DNA of 64,000 nt. Source: a bacterium. Lineage in GTDB: Bacteria > Patescibacteriota > Microgenomatia > Woykebacterales > RBG-16-39-9b. Within the stretch, counting starts at the first letter, position 1. The number at the start of each line of letters is the position of its first letter. The stretch lies in contig JAUYID010000009.1 of assembly GCA_030704665.1 (NCBI GenBank), positions 458,460-522,459 on the forward strand. Reading direction: 5' to 3'. A model generated the notes under the pieces. That model saw nothing but the letters and a program-made list of their open reading frames with translations. It searched no databases and had not been told where the DNA came from. Of the stretch, positions 1 to 7,767 are shown piece after piece. The position numbers and the translations under genes are program-made.

Positions 1-247
1 CTCCGGCCAGTTGCTCCTCCGGATGGCCATGAGTGTGGACTCTGCCCTTGCTATCGCGGTACCAGGAGAAGGCAGCAACGAGCAGAACGAGCAAATAGAA
101 GGACAAGTCCGAGATCACATCAGCCAGTTGGGTGAGAAGGACGAGATTGCTAGAGTTCGCAAACCCGTAAACCTCAATTCCTACGAGACAACTCAGGAGC
201 AAAACTGCGAAGATCATTCGCCAGGTTGTTGAGCGGTGAGTATGCAC
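1..247 (-). CDS. Divergent cation diffusion facilitator (CDF)-like membrane protein, N-terminal part (runs off window)
   Basis: Manual translation from GTG 247: MHTHRSTTWRMIFAVLLLSCLVGIEVYGFANSSNLVLLTQLADVISDLSFYLLVLLVAAFSWYRDSKGRVHTHGHPEEQLAG. Resembles CDF TM1-TM2 and the HTYGH loop. Not in the ORF track. Confidence 0.5.
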   Translation of the reverse strand, partial: MHTHRSTTWRMIFAVLLLSCLVGIEVYGFANSSNLVLLTQLADVISDLSFYLLVLLVAAFSWYRDSKGRVHTHGHPEEQLAG

Positions 248-256
248 CAAACCCCC

Positions 257-337
257 TTAGGTAAAGTGCACAAGAAGTGCAACGCTAGCCACTCCGATAT
301 AGAGAACCAGGGTGGCGATGAAAGGTCGAAGGAACAT
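257..337 (-). CDS. 26-aa hydrophobic micropeptide
   Basis: SD AAAGGAG then ATG 337; MFLRPFIATLVLYIGVASVALLVHFT. Confidence 0.4.
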   Translation of the reverse strand: MFLRPFIATLVLYIGVASVALLVHFT

Positions 338-358
338 TGCGAACTCCTTTCGTCGGCT

Positions 359-829
359 TTAGGGTGCGAGTTGCCCAACCAAAATCCGGCCGTTTTCACG
401 TTCGGGAACTGGAAGGTCAACATTGATTTTCAGCACTTCTCCACTGGGGCGCGTCACTTTCATGACCGCCTGACGGGAGAGACAGAGATTGGCGAAGCGA
501 ATGACGTCTCGTCTGAAAAAAGTCTCAATGAGAACGAGCCGAGGTATTACAGGGAACCCTTGGTTTTCGAGGTGCATCTCGATTTGTTCTGGATGAGCTT
601 CGTCTCGACGGACAGTGTCCCAGACGTAGTCGCCCTGACCTTGGTTGCGCAGTAAGCGCAGGTGGGGCATCAGGGTTGCGATGGTTGGTTCTCTACCCAC
701 TATGGTCAGGCCTTGTCCAAGTTTCTCTCTTGGGTAAAGGGGTGATCGAACCGTGACTTCGAGAAAGGGAAAGGCTGCCTCAAGAACGACATGGCAGTGT
801 TCTTGTTCGTCTTGACTGATCGGAAGCAT
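359..829 (-). CDS. Hypothetical protein
   Basis: Long ORF; start refined to ATG 829 preceded by GGAGG. Confidence 0.6.
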   Translation of the reverse strand: MLPISQDEQEHCHVVLEAAFPFLEVTVRSPLYPREKLGQGLTIVGREPTIATLMPHLRLLRNQGQGDYVWDTVRRDEAHPEQIEMHLENQGFPVIPRLVLIETFFRRDVIRFANLCLSRQAVMKVTRPSGEVLKINVDLPVPERENGRILVGQLAP

Positions 830-914
830 AGGTTTCCTCCAGGAAAAAGTTAAGGTGCTAGCTTGATTGATTGGCATTTTACGACTTTTTACAAAGAGAA
901 ACAATTGAGAAGAA

Positions 915-1206
915 AGGGGTGGTCGGGAGACGGCCTGGTTTACAGCAATCCGTCTCCCGTATGGAATCCTGTGAGACTAAGCAGCCGGTACCGCTTCAGG
1001 AGCTCTTGCTCATCTGCAAGGTAGTGGTATTTCACTTATCGACTCTGCGTTGCCCGAGCAGCCCGCTTCATCGTCTCCCACCTATTCTACGCCTCAAGCA
1101 GATGCCTCACCAAGACCAACGGTAAGGATTCGAACCTTACTTAAGCCACTCTCGTGACTTGTCCACAGTTTGAGCCAGTTTCGCTCGCCCCGTCGCTGTT
1201 TCCACG
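915..1206 (-). ncRNA. Structured RNA with a tRNA-elbow-like module plus a 23S rRNA L1-stalk (H76-78) mimic
   Basis: TTGACA-16-TATAAT promoter (1240-1213); T-arm GTAAGGTTCGAATCCTTAC (1140-1122); L1-stalk sequence 1104-1011; 3' hairpin CGGGAGACGG/CCGTCTCCCG. Confidence 0.75.
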
Positions 1207-1304
1207 GTTTGGATTATAATTATTTAGTTTGCTTTGTCAAGAAGGCTGAAATTAAAAATTGTGGCATCTCTCTCCCCTCCTCCGTTTGGTGAGATGCCAG
1301 AAGT

Positions 1305-2126
1305 TCAAAAGCCGGCGGTGGCAGAATCGATTGGGTGTTGTTCAGCTCGGCGCCAGAAACCGTGTTCCCCGCTCCGGATCAGCAACAGGTGCGCGAGCAT
1401 TTCGTCTGAGGGCACCATGATGCCAGCGTAAGTGCGACGGTAGTACCCAAAGGGATGCAGACACAGACCAGCCAGGAACTCAGTCTTTTCGACACCGGGC
1501 TCGACCTTTTCTTCTCGGTAAGCAACGGTGGGGCGACCGTGGCGTACCAGGTAGCGAACCGCGCTTTTGCCGATTTCGACAAAAGAGTTGGTCAAGGTAA
1601 GCTGCCGTCGTTGCTCTCGATTCAGGCGGGTGAGAAGCTCTTTGCGCGCTTTTTTCTCGGCGGCAACACTGGCGGTCTTGAGGACAACCTTGTTGGTTCT
1701 CATCAACAGCTCATAGCTGCGATCCCAGCGATGGAGAACGAAATGCACGTACTTTTCCCCGGCACCTTTGTAGACCACAACCATGACCCCTGGTTTGGGG
1801 AACCAAGTGTTGATCCAGAGCCAGAGGTTGTTCTCCTCCTTGAGAGCCATCCAGCGTGCGAAAAACTCATTCCAGAATCGAACACTCATCGCCCCGTAGT
1901 TGAAGTTCCGGCTTTGAACGTCGTCTTCCTGACCCCCGATCACTCCAGGATGTGCGTTGATGTCGAAGACATTCTTTAGCCGTCCTTTGGCGTGTCCCAC
2001 AATCTGGTAGCCTCTGATTCGGCGCGGTGTTCCGTAGCCGTCTGGACCTTCCAGCGCTTGCCTTTGCACTTGCCGCTGGACAAACTCATCAAACGCTCTC
2101 AAGAACTCTTGGGTCGTGGGAGGCAT
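1305..2126 (-). CDS. Hypothetical protein with C-terminal LCLHP...PSDEMLAH motif; partner of the GG-tail protein
   Basis: 273-aa ORF starting 3 nt after the upstream stop; downstream hairpin 1262-1299. Confidence 0.8.
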   Translation of the reverse strand: MPPTTQEFLRAFDEFVQRQVQRQALEGPDGYGTPRRIRGYQIVGHAKGRLKNVFDINAHPGVIGGQEDDVQSRNFNYGAMSVRFWNEFFARWMALKEENNLWLWINTWFPKPGVMVVVYKGAGEKYVHFVLHRWDRSYELLMRTNKVVLKTASVAAEKKARKELLTRLNREQRRQLTLTNSFVEIGKSAVRYLVRHGRPTVAYREEKVEPGVEKTEFLAGLCLHPFGYYRRTYAGIMVPSDEMLAHLLLIRSGEHGFWRRAEQHPIDSATAGF

Positions 2127-2129
2127 TTT

Positions 2130-2426
2130 TCACCCTCCGGCATTCGGCGGGACGATCTTGATCGAGGCGCCGTTGGCCGGGACGTTGAAAGTCTGGCGCC
2201 CACCACGCTTGAAGCTGTTCTTGCGCACGATGAGCTCGTCTTCAGCCTGATCGTAGCCTTCGACTTTGAAGTCGTCACCGTTGACAGAGATGAAGATTAC
2301 CGCTCCGTCACGACGCTTCTTTTCGATCAGCTCGGCGACTTCGGCTCGATCCTTGTCAGTGTCCGTTTTGATCTTGCGCCGTCGATCTCCTGCCTGAACG
2401 TTCAAACTCTCGACTTCAAGACACAT
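2130..2426 (-). CDS. Small protein with C-terminal di-glycine (ubiquitin/ThiS-like tail)
   Basis: SD AAAGGAG, extended -10 TGCTAAAAT; ends IKIVPPNAGG-stop. Confidence 0.8.
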   Translation of the reverse strand: MCLEVESLNVQAGDRRRKIKTDTDKDRAEVAELIEKKRRDGAVIFISVNGDDFKVEGYDQAEDELIVRKNSFKRGGRQTFNVPANGASIKIVPPNAGG

Positions 2427-2519
2427 GATCCCTGCTCCTTTTGCAAACCTCTTTTGGAGGTACTATGAACTTGTTAGAAGGGATTTTAGCACAGAAAAGC
2501 TAATTTAAAGAAAAAGGAA

Positions 2520-2876
2520 GTAAAAAAGGGTGAAGGCGACAGGTTCTGATGGGGCTGTCGCCCGGAGAGAACGAACCGTAGTGTCTAGAGCTTGCCCAGT
2601 GCTGCAATCGCGAAGAAAGCAACTTCTTTCTACGGTCTTTTGGCACAGTGGGGTTGGTTCCTACCTGGTTAGCAGGTTTCCGCACCACCGTTCTCAGGAA
2701 GCTTACCTTCAGAGTTGGGCTGCTTACTCTGGCTGGAATGACCAGGCGCTTAGAGCTGCCCCTTCCAGCGCGGACTTCCCTGATGCTCTCAACCAGTTCT
2801 CTCCTTCCTTCAAGCAAGTCAGTTTTCGTTGGCCAGGACTCAATCTAACCAATCTAGCTCTCTCGCCCGAACGATA
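2520..2876 (-). ncRNA. Putative ~350-nt structured RNA
   Basis: Extended -10 TGCTATAAT; helices GGAGAGAAC/GTTCTCTCC, GCTGGAA/TTCCAGC, CAGAGT/ACTCTG, ACCGTAG/CTACGGT; 3' hairpin plus U-run. Confidence 0.6.
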
Positions 2877-2953
2877 AGAAAGATTATAGCAGAAGAAGGA
2901 AAATATAGTGTTCTTGACAATAAACTATAGGACTAGTATAATAATCAACCAAC

Positions 2954-3571
2954 ATGAGAAAGATACTCATTATAGGTCTATTAGTTATTGCTTTTGCATT
3001 TCTGAACTCCACCTCTGCTCTGGCTAGCAGCAGACACAGTGGTAGACATTTCTCCTATTCAAAAATTGAAAAAAGTGAAACCCGCTCTTGGAACCAAGGG
3101 AAGGCCCAGTCTGATCCAGACGACAACGGCAAAGGTCCGGACCGTTCCAACCTCGGTTTTGATAAACCAGGCTACAGTGGTGGAATAAACGATGATCGTG
3201 ACGGCAACAACGGTTGTGGTAATGACAGCGATCGTGAAGACGACAATGAGGGTTGGTGCGGTCACAAAGCAAAGAAAGATAAAGAAAACAAAGAAGATAA
3301 AAAGGAAAACAAAGCTTGCACTGAAAAAGCAAAGGACAAGCCTGAACCAAAAACCACTTCTGATCCCAAGCCAGAACCAAAGACAGAGCCAAAAACTCCC
3401 AGAACTGAAAAAGGAACTGTACTCTCGGCAACAACTTTGCCAAAGACAGGAATTGTCGAAGATTTATCTTTGCCAGCTCTTTTAGTGGCTGGGTGGGGTT
3501 TGATCGCTGCTGGCCTTGTGCTAATGGCGGCTTCAGTAGTTTACAAAAAAACCTTTTCCAAGAAAGCTTAA
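2954..3571 (+). CDS. Secreted LPXTG-anchored surface protein
   Basis: Signal peptide, D/N-rich segment, EPK repeats, LPKTG + TM + basic tail. Confidence 0.85.
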   Translation: MRKILIIGLLVIAFAFLNSTSALASSRHSGRHFSYSKIEKSETRSWNQGKAQSDPDDNGKGPDRSNLGFDKPGYSGGINDDRDGNNGCGNDSDREDDNEGWCGHKAKKDKENKEDKKENKACTEKAKDKPEPKTTSDPKPEPKTEPKTPRTEKGTVLSATTLPKTGIVEDLSLPALLVAGWGLIAAGLVLMAASVVYKKTFSKKA

Positions 3572-3585
3572 AGCTAAAAAATTCC

Positions 3586-3672
3586 ACGACAACGCCTGGG
3601 TTTTCGGGTCATTCAAGCTTCGTTGAATGGCCTTTATCCCCAGGCGTTCGTTGTCTCTCCCCTGACTTTTTC
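3586..3672 (+). terminator. Long nested hairpin with pyrimidine tail
   Basis: AACGCCTGGG/CCCAGGCGTT stem enclosing a CATTCAA/TTGAATG hairpin, then CTCTCCCC..TTTTT. Confidence 0.55.
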
Positions 3673-3675
3673 TAT

Positions 3676-4251
3676 TCAAAATCCGGCTGTGGCCAGACTG
3701 TCTAAACCAGCTCTGGTCGATGGGACGAGAGGCATAGTGCTCTGACCGATCAGAGAGGGTACCTCTTCAAGTTGCCGCACGAGACGCATTTTTGGCTTTC
3801 TTCGTGCAGGTTTTTCCGGCTTCTCAGCCTTGAAGGCTCCAAGGACCACAACTTTCTCAACCCAGCGCGGTTCTTGTCGCCTCAGCTCCTCTCCCAGCAG
3901 CGCGGCTTGGTTGTGGCAGAGAAGGTTGAGTTTCTCGCCAAGCTTGGTTGAGAGTTCTCTGACCCGTCTGCGTAGCAAGGACAACTCTGTCGGTCCGTTG
4001 TCCTGGTTGACTGGAAAATCCGAGAAATAAACCCGGAAACCACGTACACTCAGATCCCACCAGAGCAGTTGCAAGGATGAGTCCGAACAGTGCAGGTCAG
4101 GAATGAGCAGAACCGCAGACCCCTTCTCGGAAAGTTGCCGGCGATAAGACTGCTCAAACAAAGCTAGCAGTGCAATTTCAGTCAGAGCTCTGCCTTCCTG
4201 CCAGAGGAAGGGAAGCACAGCCGCCAAACCAAGTCTTTGTGAGCCAATCAT
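3676..4251 (-). CDS. Alpha/beta-hydrolase-fold protein, probably catalytically inactive
   Basis: VLLIPD and LNLLCHNQAA (GHSxGG equivalent lacking Ser), PRWVEKVVVLG; SD AAGGAGG before ATG 4251. Confidence 0.65.
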   Translation of the reverse strand: MIGSQRLGLAAVLPFLWQEGRALTEIALLALFEQSYRRQLSEKGSAVLLIPDLHCSDSSLQLLWWDLSVRGFRVYFSDFPVNQDNGPTELSLLRRRVRELSTKLGEKLNLLCHNQAALLGEELRRQEPRWVEKVVVLGAFKAEKPEKPARRKPKMRLVRQLEEVPSLIGQSTMPLVPSTRAGLDSLATAGF

Positions 4252-4362
4252 GTCCCCCCTCCTTTCAAGGTGGTTTGCTGCCCGAGACAGGCTTTCAAAA
4301 TGATTATCCTCTCCTCCTTTCTTTCTTGTCAATGGCAAGCAAACAGGTTAAAATGAAAACAA

Positions 4363-4848
4363 ATGCTTCTGTCCATGCTCTGGCCTGCCACACGCTTCAA
4401 GATTTATCTCAAAGTTACTTTGGTTTTGGTGGTCAGTAATTTCCTTTTTTCTTACTTTTATTTTTTAGGTGTTGATACAAATAAAGTTTGGCAGGATCTT
4501 TTCTTGCTGCCCACTCTGGGTCTTCTCATTTTTATAGTTTCTTTGGCGCTGATTTCTCGACCGCACTTGAGTCGATTTCCCGAAAGTTTGATTTTGGCTG
4601 TTCTCCACCAAGATTATTTGGACACGCTTTACCAGATAATTAGAAAGCAAATTTTGCTAGTGAGCTTTCTTTTGCAAATTTTAGTGGCCTTTGTCAATTG
4701 GGGAGCCTTGAGTGGGGTTTTTGCTGACCCTTTGAGCTTTGCTTCTTATCTGCTTTGGGTTTTGGTCGCCGCTGTTTTGGTGAGCACTTTTTACTATGTC
4801 TACCTTTTGTGGAGAGAAGTTTTTCACCATCAGCTTAAAAACAGATAA
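4363..4848 (+). CDS. Hypothetical 4-TM membrane protein
   Basis: Four hydrophobic segments; TAAAAT just upstream (leaderless). Confidence 0.7.
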   Translation: MLLSMLWPATRFKIYLKVTLVLVVSNFLFSYFYFLGVDTNKVWQDLFLLPTLGLLIFIVSLALISRPHLSRFPESLILAVLHQDYLDTLYQIIRKQILLVSFLLQILVAFVNWGALSGVFADPLSFASYLLWVLVAAVLVSTFYYVYLLWREVFHHQLKNR

Positions 4849-4882
4849 GAAAAGAAAGGGGCCGGCCCGGCCCCATCCTTTT

Positions 4883-5473
4883 TTAGTTCTTCAGAATAGT
4901 TGGAGCTTCAAGTCTCTCTTCGAAAACGCCACAGATTGGGTACCAAATTCGCCAAAGAGTAATTTTCCAATAACCTGAATAAGTAGTTGTTCCAGACCCG
5001 CTCAGATTTACTTTGCCCGTGCCAATAAATTTGATTTGAAGGGAATTACTAGAAACTGAAAGCTCCCCGGCCCCTTTGAAGATTCTCCAGCCTCGGTTGG
5101 TGTGGGCTTCCCGGAAGCCCTTCTTCGAGATGATCTGTTTGCTTCCTTTCTTGATTAGAACAATCCCCTTTCCTTTGAGGCTGACGGTAGCGTTGTTCAA
5201 GCTAGAAAAGATTGTCCCTTTGCCAAAGGCTTGTTGTCGACTCTGTCCGGTGATTGTCACTGGACTAGACGGTTTTGCTAGGTAGTCTTCTACTTGAGGT
5301 AGAGGGGCAAAAAGACATGGACGAGGCAGCAGAATTGGCTGTGGCAGAGGTAAAGGCAGGGGTTCTGGAATTGGTAAGGGGCCAGGAGCAAAGCTCAGCG
5401 CAGGAGTTGCTGCGTAAGCCCCAGTTGGAAGAAAAACCAACAAGGCAGTACTGACTAAAATTTTCTTGAACAT
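4883..5473 (-). CDS. Secreted proline-rich hypothetical protein
   Basis: Signal peptide AYA, Pro-rich linker; downstream of sigma/anti-sigma pair. Confidence 0.75.
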   Translation of the reverse strand: MFKKILVSTALLVFLPTGAYAATPALSFAPGPLPIPEPLPLPLPQPILLPRPCLFAPLPQVEDYLAKPSSPVTITGQSRQQAFGKGTIFSSLNNATVSLKGKGIVLIKKGSKQIISKKGFREAHTNRGWRIFKGAGELSVSSNSLQIKFIGTGKVNLSGSGTTTYSGYWKITLWRIWYPICGVFEERLEAPTILKN

Positions 5474-5509
5474 CTTTGTAAAAAGTCACCCCCTTGCTTG
5501 TTATTTGAT

Positions 5510-5537
5510 TAGACGGCTCGGGCTTAATTCTGTTACA
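5510..5537 (-). promoter_or_regulatory. ECF sigma promoter TGTAAC-N16-CGTCTA
   Basis: Matches AAC/CGT ECF consensus; same spacing as the copy upstream of the sigma gene. Confidence 0.6.
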
Positions 5538-5560
5538 AAGATTTTTTTCTGGTTTAATTC

Positions 5561-6244
5561 TTAGTTTGGATTTAAAGTATCTGGAGAGTTGTTTCCCTGA
5601 GGAGTTTCCGGCTCTTGGCTGATCGTTTGGCGGATTTCAACCTTGAGTTGCTCCAAGGAATTGATGATACTGACCACTTCTTTTTGGTCTTCGGGTCGTA
5701 GGGACGCCTGAATAGTGGTGAGGTCTTTTTGGTTTTGCGTCAGAGAAGACGGTAGTTTTTTTAGAGCTGAAGCAATTTCAGGATCGTCCTTGGACTTACT
5801 TTTCGCGCTAGCCAACTCAGTACTGACTTTGGAAACTGATTTTTTTACTTCGGTCAGAGCCGCGCCAACAGCCGTATTTTTGACTACAACTGTTTTTTTC
5901 AGCTCTTCGATACGTTTGGAAGTAAGGTTCTGTTCGAGCTGGACTTTGCCTTGACTATCAGAAGAACGCAAAGCGAGGTCTTCATAGCTACGTTTCATGT
6001 GATAGAGACTGTCTCCCGGCAAAGATTGAGCGGAAAAATAAGCAGTTGTCAGAAGCAAAGTAAGGACGAAACTTCCCACCAAGCTCAAGCGGAAACTCCA
6101 GTGAAAGCGTGGGTAAATATAGTCTTCTTTTTCGAAACGAGAAGAGATGATCGTACGCAAACCAGACTTCCACGCTGGGTTTGGTTGTAAACCTTTGAAT
6201 TTCAAAAGTCGCTCTTCGATTTTTTCTAAACTTTCTACTTTCAT
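5561..6244 (-). CDS. Putative anti-sigma factor, DUF5667-like
   Basis: Single TM, SLPGDSLYxxKR motif, overlaps sigma stop. Confidence 0.75.
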   Translation of the reverse strand: MKVESLEKIEERLLKFKGLQPNPAWKSGLRTIISSRFEKEDYIYPRFHWSFRLSLVGSFVLTLLLTTAYFSAQSLPGDSLYHMKRSYEDLALRSSDSQGKVQLEQNLTSKRIEELKKTVVVKNTAVGAALTEVKKSVSKVSTELASAKSKSKDDPEIASALKKLPSSLTQNQKDLTTIQASLRPEDQKEVVSIINSLEQLKVEIRQTISQEPETPQGNNSPDTLNPN

Positions 6245-6786
6245 AAATTAAGGGCTTTTTTCAGTTTTTTTAGGGCCCGAAACTTAAGGATTCTTAGAGA
6301 GCCCTCGGACCGGCCCAAAATCTTGCCAATTTCTTTGAAACTGTAATCTTCGATATTGCTGAGAACAAGAACTTGTCGTTCTTCTTCTGGAAGTTTGTTG
6401 ATTTCGACCAAAGTTGCTTTCAGTAAGTCCTTGTTTTCAAAGTCCTCGGTGTGGTCGAGACCTTCGAAGTCCTCAAACAAGGTCGATTCAGTGAGGCGAT
6501 CCTTGTTGCGGTAGTGGTCGATGATCAAGTTGCGCGCAATGGCAAAAAGCCAAGAGACAAAGCTAGACTTTTTTTTGAACGTGCCAAGTTTCTCAAAAGC
6601 CTTGAGAAAAATAGTTTGGGTCAGATCTTCGGCGGTTTTCCGATCTCCCACTTTGAAATAAGTAAAGCGGTAGATCTGGTCCACAAAATTGTCATAAAGT
6701 TTTCCGAAGGCTTCTGTTCTCCCATTTTGGGCAGCTGCAACCAAGTTCTCGACAGAATGCTCGGTCTTATTTCGGTTGAAGAGCAT
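6241..6786 (-). CDS. ECF RNA polymerase sigma factor (sigma-70 region 2/4)
   Basis: AEDLTQTIFLKAF, SWLFAIARN, EIGKILGRSEGSLR; start refined to ATG 6786. Confidence 0.9.
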   Translation of the reverse strand: MLFNRNKTEHSVENLVAAAQNGRTEAFGKLYDNFVDQIYRFTYFKVGDRKTAEDLTQTIFLKAFEKLGTFKKKSSFVSWLFAIARNLIIDHYRNKDRLTESTLFEDFEGLDHTEDFENKDLLKATLVEINKLPEEERQVLVLSNIEDYSFKEIGKILGRSEGSLRILKFRALKKLKKALNL

Positions 6787-6836
6787 AGAGCTATTGTAGC
6801 GCGTCCTGCAACCCTTGTTTCTGCAGCTATAAAGTA

Positions 6837-6864
6837 TTGACGAGATTGTGGGTGAGTTGTTACA
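6837..6864 (-). promoter_or_regulatory. ECF autoregulatory promoter TGTAAC-N16-CGTCAA
   Basis: Directly upstream of the ECF sigma gene. Confidence 0.6.
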
Positions 6865-6955
6865 GGAAAGCGGACGAGAGTTTAAAAGGTTGTTTCTCCC
6901 GCCGCCTCGTTTACCGGTGAGGTGAACGATTTTTGGCGGCGGGAGTCTTCTCTCT

Positions 6956-7297
6956 TCAGACGAAACATCTGATCGCGGCAGCACTGCTTGTCACAAAGAA
7001 GAGCAGCACGACTGCGAAGGCGTCGAAGAGAGCACAGAGCAGCAAAAGGCCTACCGTGGTCTCATTGGTTCTGCGGTAGATCTTGGCGTTGTCTGTTTTG
7101 CGCAATACTGCCTCGAGTGCGTAGGTTGCGCCAATCCCAACCACGACCGCAGTGAGGATGAGGCTGACTTCGGCGACGAACCCAAGGTTGTCTACCCTTA
7201 GATCAGCCGATATGATGGCCAGCGCCCAAGCACCGAGAACGAGAGCGACGGTGCTGGCTAGAACGGCTCTCAAGGTTATATTTGAGAGAGTGGTCAT
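6956..7297 (-). CDS. Hypothetical 3-TM membrane protein
   Basis: SD AAGGAG; three hydrophobic helices; hairpin 6896-6944 downstream. Confidence 0.7.
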   Translation of the reverse strand: MTTLSNITLRAVLASTVALVLGAWALAIISADLRVDNLGFVAEVSLILTAVVVGIGATYALEAVLRKTDNAKIYRRTNETTVGLLLLCALFDAFAVVLLFFVTSSAAAIRCFV

Positions 7298-7313
7298 TTG
7301 CCTTCTCCTTTAC

Positions 7314-7637
7314 TTACAGAGACCAAACTCCAACTAGGAGCAACAGCTCTAGGACGAAAAAGAGTGCTCCGAAACACAAAGTAAGGGCCGTGGTGTCGTC
7401 GTTTATGCCCTTTTCTCTGTCAGAGAGGTAGTCCCTTTCGGGAAGATTCCAAGCGACAACCAAGGCGACCACGCCAACAAGGACGGAAATCACCCAGGCG
7501 AGGACAAAGCTGGTGTCTGGATCGAATCTCACCTTTGCCAAGAATGCCCAGTCGAAGAGAGCGAAGACTGGAGCCGAGAAAGCAATCCAGCGAATCCAGC
7601 GGGTCCGGGTGTAATGACTGTTGTCTATCTTCGACAC
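7314..7637 (-). CDS. Hypothetical 3-TM membrane protein
   Basis: SD AAGGAG before GTG 7637; same topology as the downstream gene. Confidence 0.65.
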   Translation of the reverse strand: MSKIDNSHYTRTRWIRWIAFSAPVFALFDWAFLAKVRFDPDTSFVLAWVISVLVGVVALVVAWNLPERDYLSDREKGINDDTTALTLCFGALFFVLELLLLVGVWSL

Positions 7638-7651
7638 CGGTTCTCTCCTTC

Positions 7652-7756
7652 TTATCGTCTGTCGAACAGAATCGTCGCCAGTGCCATCACAACGAGGACG
7701 GTCAGTACGACGACCCAAACTGTTAGGTCATTTGGAAGGACTGAAAGTAGTTCCAT
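7652..7756 (-). CDS. 34-aa single-TM micropeptide
   Basis: MELLSVLPNDLTVWVVVLTVLVVMALATILFDRR; fills the operon gap. Confidence 0.55.
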   Translation of the reverse strand: MELLSVLPNDLTVWVVVLTVLVVMALATILFDRR

Positions 7757-7767
7757 TGTCAGTTCTC

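Noticed and set aside
1011-1104. 23S rRNA gene or pseudogene
   Set aside because: Similarity is confined to H76-78, with clean helix boundaries inside a unit that has its own promoter and terminal hairpin.
915-1206. tmRNA or true tRNA
   Set aside because: No GGGG..GATTCGAC 5' end, no CCA after the T-arm, no anticodon arm, no tag ORF.
2520-2876. RNase P RNA (AGGGAAGTCCG and CAGAACC resemble CR-I and CR-V)
   Set aside because: The P4 partner CGGCUUA is missing and CR-II to CR-IV were not found by eye; a CM search is still needed.
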